64,000 bases of DNA from assembly GCA_002269645.1 (NCBI GenBank), contig NIVC01001512.1, positions 211,368 to 275,367 on the forward strand, read 5' to 3'. This DNA comes from Macrostomum lignano (Eukaryota). Positions within the stretch are counted from its first letter, which is position 1; the number at the start of each line of letters is the position of its first letter. This document shows positions 47,501 to 59,907 of the stretch, piece by piece. The notes below the pieces were generated by a model that made no database searches, was not told the DNA's origin, and saw only the letters and a program-made list of their open reading frames with translations. Both the position numbers and the translations under genes were made by a program.

Positions 47501-50500
47501 CTGCACCCGGTCAGCGGGCAGAGTGAAGACGTCCTCAGTAATGCTCTCGTCGGTGTAGAGAATTTGTGCTTCTTCAGTTGAAACAGAGTTCACTTTCGAA
47601 TATCGAGCCGCGCCTGCGTTGCCCCGACGGCACGCCTTTGCCAAATGGTTCGGTTTTCCGCAGTTGCTGCAAGTTTTGCCTCTAGCAGCTTCACAGTTGC
47701 TGTGGCCGGATTCGCCGCATCTGTAGCAGGTGAGGGATTGACTTGTTGATTGTGGTGGGCGGTCCAAATGACTTCTTCTGTTTGGCTGCTGTTGCCGATG
47801 CCGTTGCCGTTGCGTGGTGCCTTGCTGGCTGATAGCAGCGACGGTCGAGTCCTTCGATTGCTCGATTGCGGTTGCTTGCGCTTCTGAAGCTTCGTGGGCT
47901 CTCGCACACTTGAGAGCGTTGCTGAGCGAAATGTCAGATTCTCGCAGTAGTTGGCGACGAAGTGCGTCAGAGAGGCAGGTGGCGACCAACTGATCACGAA
48001 TGATGGAATCTCGAAGTTCTCCGAAGTCGCAGGTGTCAGCGGATGCTTTCATCCGAGCGTACCAGTTGTCTATGGTCTCTCCCAGCTGTTGTGTGCACTG
48101 CCGAAACTGATACCGTGCGAAGACCAGGTTTTTTCGGTCGTTGAAATAGTTGGTCAGTTCGGCCAGAAGCCTCTCCAGCGATTCTTTCGTGTCTTCGTGA
48201 TTGGCCTGCACTTCTCTGATGATCTCGGCTAGCTCTCTGCCCCCCGTGTAGGAGAGCAGCTTGCACTTTTGTTTTTCTTCTGAGATTCCAGACGCAGCGA
48301 TGAAGTCATCGAATCTGCTTGACCAGGCCGCCCACTGCTTGCTTGAGTTTTGAGAGTCACTGGATGGGTTGAATGGCTCGGGCGGTGGCAGAGAAATAAA
48401 GTTTGCCATGGCGCTTGTTTGTCCGATCCTGCTTGCGACGCCAATGTAGAAAAGTTAATGCCGCGATATGGTGCTAGGCAGGCATGAAGAAACAACTCAA
48501 GGGCCGCTTGCACTTAGCAGGGCCGGCTTATATTTGGCTATGACTAATTGCGTAATACGAGCTAAATCAATTATTGAAGTGAGTGGTTGGCTGTACGTAC
48601 TTGTACGGGGCAGTGATAGCGCTGGACCAAGTGAGCGAGGGAGAGAGAGAGGGAGGCAGATGTACACTGCCCCACACCACCCTCTGAATCCCACCCTCTG
48701 AATCCCACCCTCTGAATCGCACCCTCTGAATCCCAGCCCCTGAATCCCACCCCCTGAATCCCACTCCCTGAATCCCACCCCCTGAATCCCACCCCTGAAT
48801 CCCACTCTCTGAATCCCACCCCCAGAATCCCATCCTCTGAGAATCCCATTCTCTGAGAATCCCATCCTCTTAGAGGGATCCCATCCTCTTAGAGGAATCC
48901 CATCCTCTTAGAGGAATCCCATCCTCTGAAAATCCCATCGTCTTAGAGGAATCCCATCATTTGAGACTCCCATTCTCTTCGTAGGATACCATCATGCAAA
49001 GCTGCAAAGTACAAAGCTTGAAAAAAAGCAATTTGAACACTCATCAGTCAGGCAACATTATAAAGGCTGACAGACTGACAGACGGGCACGCCAGCCCAGT
49101 CGGGAGACCCTCAGATGGGGCCAGTAGAGATGATGGATGATTTTAGCTGTGCTCAGCGGCAGGCCCAAGTGAAGTACATTGCGACTTACAGACGATGCGG
49201 ATTAGCAGAGGCAAACACAAGTGAAGATCGGTATGGGCATTTTTCATAATCGCTTCAGTTCAGCAGGTCAGGCGCACAGCTCAACAGTCTCCAAAAAGCC
49301 GGGTCGCTCATTTTCCTTTTAGAAGAAGCGAAGAGAAAAAAGAGGAAAGAGTAGGAGAGATCGATTTGCTGCTTTACAGGGGCTGCAGGAAAGTGGTGAA
49401 GTGAAATCCGCCATAGTAAAATTGATTGCAAGGCAGGGGAAAAAGAAATCTGAGAGTTGCTGGGAAATCCAAGACTGCTCATTGCTCCGGGACCGAGTTG
49501 AGTCGGACGGAAGTTGCTAAAAATGTTCCGCGCAGACTCTCCGCAGCTGGCGGCCGGGCCAGTTTTATGCCTACGGGGCGGCTGTGGGGGAATTTCATGC
49601 CTGCTCCGATCCTTAATAATTTTCTTTTCGCTGCGCGATCTTTTTTCTCACGCGCTTATAGGAAGTCATTCGCCTCCGGCAAAATCCCTCGGTTATTTTT
49701 CTTTCCAAGCCTCCTCACTTTCCTCACGAGACTTCAATTGGAAACTTGTCCTTTCATGTAATGATCGCTGTGCAACCCTGTGCCACGCAATTCTCGCAGA
49801 CGTACTAGTGAAGGTGCACCTGATTCAGAACGGCAAACGCCTGGCCAAGAAGAAGACATCCGTGAAGAAGAACGAGAGCCAGCCAACCTACAATGAGGCC
49901 ATGATATTCAACGTGTCCCAGACTAGTCTGTCTGTAGGTTTGCAATTCGGTTATAAAGTTTTTGTGTTCAATGTACATTGGCTGGCGTACATGCCGAGGC
50001 TGAGTAAAACTCTAACTGAATCTCCTGCGCGCACATTGAAACAAAAACGGAGTGGAGTGGGCGTTCTAGGGACTGGGCCCGTTCTATAAAGCCATCGTAA
50101 GATGAGATCGTTCTTAGCTCCCATCTCCGTAGTGTAAAAGTTCCGACGTACGATCGAACTTACGCTACGACTGCTTTATAGTACGACCCCTAAGTCTATT
50201 ATAGCCTAGCTAATTTCCGTTCCCTCTTCTCTCATTGGCTGGCCGTGGCTGACTAACTGTAAAATCTCTTTACCCTTGAACACCCACCCCACTCCGCCGT
50301 TGGTTTTAATGTACATGCAGTTGTTAGTCAGTCCATACCCTCATTTTCTTGCCCAGCTAATTCTCCCATTGGCCGGCGTGCAAGCCGGTTGAGAATTGAA
50401 ACTTCTCTACCCTTGAACCTTCACACCCCCTCAGGCTGTGCAGCTGCGCATAACCGTAGCCGAGATTCGCCATGACGGTCGCCTAGCTAGCATTGGTCAC

Positions 50501-50608
50501 GTGATTATTGGCTCGCAGACTGGCGGAACGGAGCTAACTCACTGGCAGCAGATGGTCACTTCGCTGCGCAAGCCAGTGGCCATGTGGCATCATCTGCGCA
50601 AGAAGTGA
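38546..50608 (+). CDS. SYT12: Synaptotagmin-12 orthologue; exons 38546-38722, 40567(or 40588)-40684, 41812-42293, 42923-43046, 49800-49933, 50435-50608
   Basis: N-terminal [17 protein letters not shown]2[19 protein letters not shown]2[65 protein letters not shown]. All GT-AG junctions are phase-compatible. Confidence 0.9.
40790..41755. repeat. 30-bp minisatellite (GAGGGATAGGAAAACTGAGCAGTGTACAAT)n, intronic
   Basis: Tandem copies read directly. Confidence 0.95.
43313..43888. repeat. 14-bp minisatellite (GAATCCCACCCTCT)n, left half; resumes at 48677 to ~48960
   Basis: Tandem copies split by the Mag-like element. Confidence 0.95.
43889..48676 (-). mobile_element. 4,788-bp intact Ty3/Gypsy (Mag-like) LTR retrotransposon in Syt12 intron 4
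   Basis: 232-bp LTRs 43889-44120 and 48445-48676 (TGT...ACA, identical by eye), 5-bp TSD CCACC, PBS TGGCGTCGCAAGCAGGAT (48426-48443, tRNA-Ser-like), PPT GGGGAGAAA (44121-44129). Confidence 0.95.
44411..48409 (-). CDS. gag-pol: Single gag-pol polyprotein, 1332 aa
   Basis: Gag with CYRCGESGH and [14 protein letters not shown], protease VDSGAS, RT (WIHDD), RH VDAS/TDHKPL, integrase MDFYGP..TDNGPPF..ERVNR; no disabling stops. Confidence 0.95.
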   Translation of the reverse strand: MANFISLPPPEPFNPSSDSQNSSKQWAAWSSRFDDFIAASGISEEKQKCKLLSYTGGRELAEIIREVQANHEDTKESLERLLAELTNYFNDRKNLVFARYQFRQCTQQLGETIDNWYARMKASADTCDFGELRDSIIRDQLVATCLSDALRRQLLRESDISLSNALKCARAHEASEAQATAIEQSKDSTVAAISQQGTTQRQRHRQQQPNRRSHLDRPPQSTSQSLTCYRCGESGHSNCEAARGKTCSNCGKPNHLAKACRRGNAGAARYSKVNSVSTEEAQILYTDESITEDVFTLPADRVQYPEDVTVRVLVGGEPLDMMVDSGASCNIMSDETFKKLHGVQLLHTNRVIKAYGASAPLNIKGMSHLVITVGKNCCKTPFYVMEGRGATLLGRQAAFELGLLEIRRPKQLADVSAVEANLPNDPQLRTVLQKHKNVFTGLGCVKGVEVSVRLQEDAIPVCHPPARVPVHLKTAVEKELQGLLDLDVIEPVTGPTPWVSRMVVVPKSSGGVRICQDLRDLNKFVIPEKQAIPTLDEVTEEMAGATLFSELDICKAFYQIPVDEESRHLFTFSTPIGLMRLKRLSMGFTSASEILQRIMSGVLSGLPGVRWIHDDVIIYADSMQQHNQRLDDCLTRLSDSGLTVNPEKCKFAKSSISFLGVTLSAKGISAPVEKIQAVQDFRPPTNASETRSFLGLANYLSKFIPSFADLTAPLRELTKKCKRWEWTTQHAEAFNALKSAISKPETLAFFDCNRSTELVVDASPIGLGAILSQKQPNGTVRPVAYASRTLTPVEQRYSQIEREALAVKFGCLKFDFYLAGNSNFTIVTDHKPLIPLFKPGSRPPPRIERMALRIQHLQFKLEYRPGASNPSDLLSRQPMPTDLSRAIGETLDAAYINAVVKSAVPRGLSLEDFKKATGSDMDIQAAITGIKTQHWNQHSSTQRTFKGIEHELSESDGVLLRGDLIVVPSSLRRQVLALAHTGHLSAERTLQRLQTKVWWPGVRADCEAFVKACLPCQATSHATYHAPLRPTKIPDGAWLLLGMDFYGPIQGQMLLVTTDLFSKYPEINYVSSTSAATVIPHIRQLFARHGVPLELITDNGPPFSSHEFRTFLTSYGVKHRLICPLHPEANGATERVNRSVNKVVRAAIAEGRCWKEALDEWLLAFRVTPHRATGKAPAELLMGRRVNDVIPSVRPSRRASWSTSDIKNRHNRYNDNMKAGFDKTKRVRQHSIRPGDRVLRRQNKSKLHTPFELEPWVVESVKGDTFTLQRQGQSCMRHLVHIRPVSQPLHPPEAAAGQPPASAGPAEADDGESIAMRRHPRRARDAVINYKL
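50075..50190. mobile_element. Possible ~116-bp MITE
   Basis: Imperfect terminal inverted repeats GGGCCCGTTCTATAAAGC / GCTTTATAGTACGACCCC; no clear TSD. Confidence 0.4.
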
Positions 50609-51704
50609 AGATCCCTAGTATGAAGACGACTGGTAGCTATGCAAGATTATACGCTCGACCGATTTTGATAGCACTCTGAGCAGACCTGAAGAATATTAAG
50701 GAATCTAAGAGCAAGATTAAATGTCAGAAACGTGAAGCAACTATAGTAAGAGTACAAGAACGAGCTGTGAACAATTTTGTCAGAACATTAGTCGTGTTTC
50801 CTGAAAAAATTGTCGTTACATATATTTCGTAACACTATAAGATAACTCTTGATATGCTTCTGTGTTCTTTCTATGCCAGTAGTGACGCTTATTTTTGTTT
50901 CTTGTGAGCACAAAATCCAATGAGCTTGCGAAAACGATAACAGGAAGAGTGACAACTTCTAATTACGAATTTGTGAAGCCCAGCTAACCTAAATTAGTCT
51001 TAATTATTTTTATCATAGTTCCGAAAATCCCGTTGTTTTTTTTGTTTCTTAGAATATGGCAGATAGAATTTTTTAATTCGCTTTCCAGAATATCAATGAT
51101 GCATATTTTGTTTTATATTGGATCTATAGTTATACTACACTCTACTAAACTATTTTCTAGTTTTGTTAAACTTGTCCTTGTGTTTGTTAATCTGTTAATC
51201 TATTTATCAATGCATTCATCCACATCTACCTGTTTAAGTCTGTGTTCGTGTGCATTTATATTTATACTCATAGAATATTATATAATTTATTCGGCGTTTA
51301 TTATATTTTAACATATCCCTATAATGTAGGAACTAGAAAATCGATATATTTATATATATACTCTATTCAGATGTTCAGATGTCGTGCTTCAAATTACGGA
51401 CACGTGCACTTGTGTTTCGATCAAAGTTTAAAAAACAGAGCGTCATTGTCATACATGCGTTTAAGTGTTCAAAACAGCAAATATAAACTTTCGATTGTGT
51501 GGTGTCAAATCGTGGCCTTTTCTGCTTTTAGAATCATTTCATTACAGTCGTGTGTACCGCACTAGGTGTGGGATGGGTTAGGGCTGAGTTATTGAAATCA
51601 TTAGTGTAACAATATATCCATAGGAATAAAAAAAAACTATCTACGAGCGATACCAGATACCAGAGTGCTTCGTTTTGTTACACATAGTGACGCTGTGCTG
51701 CGCT

Positions 51705-52205
51705 GGCGGGACGCGCTGTGCTTGGGAGGGTTGGGGTGACGCTGTGCTTGGGAGGGTTGGGGTGACGCTGTGCTTGGGAGGGTTGGGGTGACGCTGTGCT
51801 TGGGGGGTTGGGGTGACGCTGTGGTTGGGGGGGGGTTGGGGTGACGTTGTGCTTGGGGGAGTTGGGGTGACGCTGTGCTTGGGGGGGGGTTGGGGTGACG
51901 CTGGGCTTGGGGAGGGTTGTGGGTGACGCTGTGGTTGGGGGGGGGTTGGGGGTGACGCTGTGCTTGGGGGAGGGGTTGGGGGTGACGCTGTGCTTGGGGG
52001 TGACGCCGTTCTTGGGGGTTGGGGGTGACGCTGTGCTTGAGGAGGGGGGGGTTGGGGTGACGCTGTGCTTGGGGGTTGGGGGTGACGCTGTGCTTGGGGG
52101 TTGGGGGTGACGCTGTGCTTGGGGTTGTTGGGTGACGCTGTGGTTGGGGGGGGGTGACGCTGTGCTTGGGGGGGGGTGGGAGGTGACGCTGTGCTTGGGG
52201 GGAGC
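51705..52205. repeat. G-rich minisatellite (GGGTTGGGGTGACGCTGTGCTTGGGG)n
   Basis: Tandem copies with variable G-runs. Confidence 0.9.
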
Positions 52206-52744
52206 CTGTACTGGGGGTGCTTCTGTGATGGAGGGATGACATTGTGCTGTGAAGGGGCGAAACTGTGCTGTTAATGCAATTTGAAAGCATCAATTCGCTT
52301 CATTTTTCATTTCACATGGAATTATGAGTAAGTACTAAACCCATACTAAAGGAAAAATTAAATAAACTGAACAATCAAAAGGTTGTATCGCAGATCGGAG
52401 TGTTTCGGGTAATTTTGCTAAATAAGCAATGACAGACGGGCTCATCAATCAATCAATTAAAACTAAAGGAAAACAAAAATTGATATAAAGACAGCGCACA
52501 CGCACACACAGTAAGCGGTTTATTTTGTTAACAAATACGATACAACTGTTGTTACTTATTGTATGCAGCTTGAAGTTGAATCATCAATTAAATTAATCTG
52601 ATAGACAGTAAGTCTGACGTGTCTGGAAACTAATAGCAGCAAAATGGCTTTACAGAACTGATAAAACGCTGCAGTATTGTATTAATTAGACGCAATAATT
52701 GGGACTTTCAGTAGCAGGGGTAAATATTTTCAGTCTTACCAGAT

Positions 52745-54035
52745 TATTGACAACCGGAAGTTATCAACTATCAGATTATCGATAACCGGAAGCTATCAAC
52801 TATCAGAGTATTGACAACCGGAAGTTATCAACAATCAGATTATCGATAACCGGAAGCTATCAACTATCAGAGTATTGACAACCGGAAGTTATCAACTATC
52901 AGATTATCGATAACCGGAAGCTATCAACTATCAGAGTATTGACAACCGGAAGTTATCAACTATCAGATTATCGATAACCGGAAGCTATCAACTATCAGAG
53001 TATTGACAACCGGAAGTTATCAACTATCAGATTATCGATAACCGGAAGCTATCAACTATCAGAGTATTGACAACCGGAAGTTATCAACTATCAGATTATC
53101 GATAACCGGAAGCTATCAACTATCAGAGTATTGACAACCGGAAGTTATCAACTATCAGATTATCGATAACCGGAAGCTATCAACTATCAGAGTATTGACA
53201 ACCGGAAGTTATCAACAATCAGATTATCGATAACCGGAAGCTATCAACTATCAGAGTATTGACAACCGGAAGTTATCAACTATCAGATTATCGATAACCG
53301 GAAGCTATCAACTATCAGAGTATTGACAATCGGAAGCTATTAACTACCAGTGACAATCGGAAGTTATCAACTACCATACAGTTACAACCGGAAGCTATTA
53401 ACTATCAGACAGTAACAACCGGAAGCTATTGGCTACCAGACAGTGAAAACCGGAAGCTATTGACTACCAGACAGTGACAACCAGAAGCTATTAACTATCG
53501 GACAGTGAAAACCGGAAGCTATTGACTACCAGACAGTGACAACTATAAGCCATTAACTATCAGACAGTGACAACCGGAAGTTATAACGTCCCAGATTATT
53601 GGCAACCGGAAGCTATCAACTAAGCTATCAAATATCAGAGTATTGACAACTGGAAGCTATCAACTATCAGATTATACGCTCGTACACAACCGGAAGCTAT
53701 TAACTACCATACAGTTACAACCGGAAGCTATTGACTTCCAGCCAGTGACAACCGGAAGTTATCGTTATCACCCGATTTGATGACTCATCAGATTATTGAC
53801 AACCGGAAGCTATTAACTACCAGACAGTGACCGGAAGTTATCACCTAGCAGATTATTGACAACCGGAAGTTATCACCTACCAGATTATTGACAACCGGAA
53901 GTTATCACCTACCAGATTATTGAAAACCGGAAGTTATCACCTACCAGATTATTGACAACCGGAAGTTATCACCTACCAGATTATTGACAACCGGAAGTTA
54001 TCACCTACCAGATTATTGACAAACGGAAGCTATCA
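52745..54035. repeat. 32-bp (64-bp dimer) minisatellite with an ACCGGAAG core, degenerating 3'
   Basis: CAACCGGAAGTTATC at 52751, 52815 and onward. Confidence 0.95.
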
Positions 54036-54879
54036 ATCCCAATCTATAGACAAAGGTAATAGAAAGCCAGTGAACTGTTGATCACGTTAAGGTTGAGTCC
54101 TACAACTTAGTGAGTGAATAAACAAATATCTGATACTGCAGATCAATGTTGACAAGCAGTAAAAAAACAAGCAAAGAAACATAAAAAAGCAGAGTTCATC
54201 AACTCAACAGGAGATGATGGAAGTTAAAAAAAACACGATATCATGGAACAACATCGTTATCGTTTGTTTAAAAAAAGAAGCGGACAGAATCGAAAATTTG
54301 AAGCAACAGAAAATCAACAGCAGCGGAAAATTAAGTAATTCTTTATTTTATTCTAATATTATATGATTTTTACGCAATATATATATATATATATATCGTA
54401 ATGCATTATTTCTAAATCGGTGCAAACACAACACAGTGAGATTAGCGGTATATAAAAACAAAAAATGGTGTGCATTTTACAATCAGATCGACACCTATTA
54501 ATAGAGAAAAACGAGATAACTAATAAATAGGACTAAAAAATGAAAACAGCTAAATGAACTGACGTAAATCAAGAGACAGACAAATTTTTATTAAGTCAAT
54601 TTCAATGTCTTGCAAGCAACAAGCCTAGAGATGAGCAACTGTCCATCAATGAGTCATTATTGATAGTACCAGTCACGAAACAGTAACAATATCAGACAGA
54701 GCAAAGGGACTCAAAAAAAGTTTTTTATTCATGGTAAGGGAGCCTACTGATAAGAGAAATATATAAGGAGGCTGGGGTGGGGAGATGAAGATTGACGGTG
54801 ATATGGAGGGTGAGAAGGTTGTGCTGGACCTGGAGGCAGGGTGAGATAGTAGGGTGAGAGGAAGGGAACGTGAAATAAG

Positions 54880-55515
54880 AGATGCGATGGGAGTGTGACA
54901 TGGAGGGTGAGATGGAGGGTGAGATGAAGGGTGAGATAGTTAGTCATGGGTGAGATGGGGGCAGGATGAAATTTAGGTGAGATGGAAGGAGGATGAGATC
55001 GAGGGTGAGATGGAGGGTGAGATGGAAGGAGAGTGAGATAGAGGGTGAGATGGAAGGAGAGTGAGATAGAGGGTGAGATGGAAGGAGAGTGAGATAGAGG
55101 GTGAGATGGAAGGAGAGTGAGATAGAGGGTGAGATGGAAGGAGAGTGAGATAGAGGGTGAGATGGAAGGAGAGTGAGATAGAGGGTGAGATGGAAGGAGG
55201 GTGAGATAGAGGGTGAGATGGAAGGAGAGTGAGATAGAGGGTGAGATGGAAGGAGAGTGAGATAGAGGGTGAGATGGAAGGAGAGTGAGATAGAGGGTGA
55301 GATGGAAGGAGGGTGAGATAGAGGGTGAGATGGGGGCAGGGTGAGATGGAGGGTGAGATGGAAGGAGGATGAGATCGAGGGTGAGATGGAAGGAGGGTGA
55401 GATAGAGGGTGAGATGGGGGCAGGGTGAGATGGAGGGTGAGGTGGAAGGAGAGTGAGATAGAGGGCGAGATGGAAGGAGGGTGGATGGGGGTAGGGTGAA
55501 ATGGAGGGTGAGATG
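54880..55515. repeat. 28-bp purine-rich minisatellite (GAGGGTGAGATGGAAGGAGAGTGAGATA)n
   Basis: Tandem copies read directly. Confidence 0.95.
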
Positions 55516-55805
55516 GAGAAGGTAAAACGCGGAGGGTTGAGACTACGGAAGAATGAGAGAAAGAGATGGATAGAGATGGGTGCATCAGGAAGGAATTAGC
55601 AGAGAAACTAGCTAGCAGTATTGCAAACCAGTGAGCAAACTTCTCAGCCAATGCGCAACAACCAGATGTTTATATAGGTGAAAAAAGCAGAATTTCAATT
55701 CGACGTGACAACCAACAAGCGGAGAGTATTAATGAAGTTTAAGCGGCCCACAAATGACGCACTTATAATCATGGTGACTAGAATGTGACTGAGCGGGCCA
55801 GAGAG

Positions 55806-58800
55806 TCACTGCAGGTGAATAGTCTGTACACCAGCCATGATTCGATTCCACAGGTCCTTCTTGCATTTCGGATGATTTTTAATGCTAGTTAGCAACTGCT
55901 GCCACTGCTGATTGGGATCGATTGGCGGGAAGTCTTCTTTAGCCCGATGGGCGCGCAGGATGTAGGAGACCAGATCGTCCCATTCGTTGGTGGTCAGGTG
56001 GTTTAGCCGGTAATCGATGTACGAGTGGTATCTGCAACAGGCGGGGGAGTGACAGAGTGTTCTTTATGCGATGGCGTTTGACGGCGATTCTGAGTGGGCT
56101 TGAGGGCGATTCTGAGTGGGCTTGAGGGCGATTCTGAATGGGCTTGAGGGCGATTCTGAATGGGGTTTGAGGGCGATTCTGGATGGGGTTTGAGAGCGAT
56201 TCTGGATGGGTTTGAGGGCGATTCTGAATGGGTTTGAGGGCGATTCTGGATGGGGTTTGAGGGCGATTCTGGGTGGGGTTTGAGGGCGATTCTGAATGGG
56301 TTTGAGGGCGATTCTGGATGGGGTTTGAGGGCGATTCTGGATGGGGTTTGAGGGCGATTCTGAATGGGGCTTGAAGGCGATTCTGGATGGGGTTTGAAGG
56401 CGATTCTGAATGGGTTTGAGGGCGATTCTGAATGGGGCTTAAAGGCGATTCTGGGTGGGTTTGAGGGCGATTCTGGGTGGGGTTTGAGGACGATTCTGGG
56501 TGGGGTTTGAGGACGATTCTGGGTGGGTTTGAGGGCGATTCTGGTGGGGTTTGAGGGCGATTCTGGGTGGGGTTTGAGGGCGATTCTGAATGGGGTCGAG
56601 GGCGATTCTGGATGGGTTTGAGGGCGATTCTGGGTGGGGTTTGAGGGCGATTCTGGGTGGGTTTGAGGGCGATTCTGAATGGGGTTTGAGGACGATTCTG
56701 GATGGGGTCGAGGGCGATTCTCAATGCAATCAGCCACTTACAGCTTGTGCAGCCGGTTAGTCAGCTTCACAATCTCAGACTGAGTAGAATGAGACGCCGG
56801 AGACGCTTGGGAATAAAGCGACACCTGGCGAATAATCTGCTCGAGCACGTCCGGCTTGTGGATGCAGCCAAGCACCAGGGTGCAATAATCCACTACAGCT
56901 TTATAGTCTAACCGCACAGCCACAGACAGGGCCCATTGCACCTCGCCGCCGTATTGATTGTTAGGCCCGAATCTGGAGTTATCCCGACTGCTACTACTGA
57001 ACAATTGCGCATCGTTTCGACTAGTTGGCGGCTGATAGAATGCTTTCATTGCGCGCAGGGCGCAGTTGAATGCATTCTCTAAATATTGGCGAGTCTTGGT
57101 TGAAGCTTGCGGAGGTGTTGGTTGCTGCTGCTGCTGCTGTTGTTGTTGCTGTTGGTGAGTAGCGAAACGAGCTACAACCTGATGATGCTGCTGCTGTTGG
57201 TAATGCTGATGCTGCTGATGGTGATGACCGTGCGGAGATGGCACGAAAGGGCCAATGAGACCTGCAGGAGTCCAGTGCTGCTGCTGCTGTTGCGACTGAC
57301 TCGAAGTCTGAGGCGGCGGCGGTGGCGGCGGCGTATTGGCGTAAAAGTGCGGCGGCGGCGGCGGCGGACGGGCAGGAGAATAGAACGCAGGCGGGGGCGG
57401 CGGATGGGAAGTCATGTGACCGAAGTGTGAAGCCGGGTAGCAACCAGGAGGCGGCGGGTAGAGAGGGCCGGGCATTGGAGCGAACTGCGCCGCAGACTGA
57501 GGCGGAAGCGGCTGCGGAGGCTGCTGCGGAGGCGCCTGCGGAGGCGGCCAAAAGACGGAGGCGGCAGCGGCCGCTTGCGAAGTGATGATTGGAGCATCTG
57601 GCGGCATCCGAGCCGCTGACGGAACAGTCGATCGTTGAACTGGCTGGCTGGCCGGCGGCGCGGAGGACTCGTACAGTTCGTACCACTGCTTGGCGACCTG
57701 GGTGAGGGAGTAGGAGCGGCATTATCTTGGGTATAGTCTGCTGCTACTAGGGGAACCGAGTGTGACGATGGGTCTGATGTGACAATATAGTCCTTCAGGG
57801 TGACAATATAGTCCTTCAAGGTGACAATATGGTCCTTCAGGGTGACAATATGGTCCTTCAGGGTGACGATAAGGTCCTTCAGAGCGACAATAAGGTCCTT
57901 CAGGGTGACAATATAGTCCTTCAGGGTGACGATAAGGTCCTTCAGAGCGACAATAAGGTCCTTCAGGGTGACAATATAGTCCTTCAGGGTGACAATATGG
58001 TCCTTCAGGGTGACAATATAGTCCTTCAGGGTGACAACTGACAATATGGTCCTTCAGGACGACAACAAGGTCCTTCAGGGCGACAATAAGGTCCTTCAGG
58101 GCGACAATATGGTCCTTCAGGGTGACAATATGCTCGTTCAAGGAGACTAAATGGTCCTTCAGGGCGCCGATATAAGCCTTCAGGGGTGTCAATGTAGGTC
58201 TCTTGGTAGTGAAAACACAATTAAAATTAGATTAAATCTATTATAAACACAATGTTGAAGACAAGTCAGACCTGGAACAGCACAGTAGGATGCACTCCGC
58301 CTGCCATTTTCTTAGCGGACGCGTCAACCGCGTAGAGTCCCTTCTCCAGCACCTCCAGACTCTGATCCTTGCACTGGTCTAGGCAGCGGCGGATCTCCTG
58401 CGGATTTAGCGTGTGCGCCTCGTGCAGACAGTCGAGGCACAGTTGGGCGGCCACCGCGCAGATGCCCTGGTCCCGGTTGCGGGCCACCTTGTCGGCTGGA
58501 TGAGATGACGAATATTGACGATGAGATGACAAACGTGCTAGTAATGGAATTTACATGTATTTGATTACACCTGCCCTAATTAGTCCAGATGTGCAACCGA
58601 CAGCTCAGCCGCAGCTATTGCGCGGCGCATCTGAAGGCTGCGTACGGCTATTCAGTCCAAGGACTGGGGGGTCGCCACACTCACCCTCAATTACCCCAGT
58701 AATGCTGGCACCCATTTTACAGCTGGGTGAACTGAAGCAATGCTTAAGGACACAATTTTTTCCGAGTGGGTCGGGAATCGAACCCCCGACCTTTCAGTCG

Positions 58801-59805
58801 TGCTTGACGCGTTAACCACTAGGCTTCAACCCCATAGGTTAGGAATGATTTTAAAGTCTGGTGGCGATCTTCTAAGGTTAGGGAAGAATACTACCAAGAG
58901 CTTAGTGGCGATTTTCATGAGCTCAGGGGCGATACTCATGATATAAGGGCGAGTCTCAAAGCCTTAGAGGTGACTCAAGCTTAGTGGCAGTTCTTTTATC
59001 ATTATCTTTTAACGATTATCATAGTTTTCAGTTCAATATTGTGAATTTCATGATTTAGAATTGTCAAAACACAGTTCGTACATACATATAGATTATCTAA
59101 GGACAATATGTACTTGTAAAACGCTAGAAGAAAGTGAAACTAACCAATAACGGCCACCTCAGGCGGTGTCAGGTGCTGTCTCCAGGTGACAAGCAGTATT
59201 GATAGAGCAGCTGTGCCAACTTCAGTCACCACATTCTGTATCCAGCTGACATGAGAAGAATAGGTCCTACTCTGCCAGGTGCTGTTAACGCAGTTGTACA
59301 GGCCCAGGGCGTACAGTCCGACCTGAAAGGCGGCCAACTGCAGGTAGCGATGCGGCCCATTGTTGCCCCAGTCGGGTCCTGCTGGAACACTGGCGCTGAT
59401 GCAGCGCTGCCGCCGGCTTTGTGCTGCAAAGTTTTCGCCAATTCGAACATGTGATGCGCCAGCGCCTCCGTTGGCTTGTTGGACTCGGCCGCGGCGGCTA
59501 CCGCGGCTGCGACTGCCGACGCTGACGTGAGCTGAGCTGACGGCGGCAACTGGCCGACAGTGTAGGGAGAGGACGACTTGGGAACTGGCGGCTGCGGCGG
59601 CGGCTGCTGATACTGGGGCCTGTGGCATTTTGATGAATTGAATTTTTGTACCATTTATACTACTAACTCCAAGTAGCTTGACAGTAACAATGTATCTAAT
59701 TCTTGTTCTTGCAATGATGGCCGATGGGGGAATTACTTGTAAAAAGCTTCAGTCAACAGTGTTTGTTTAATAACTTATTCAAATTCGCTATTCTAAAGAT
59801 AGATT

Positions 59806-59862
<57 letters not shown>

Positions 59863-59864
59863 GC

Positions 59865-59907
<43 letters not shown>

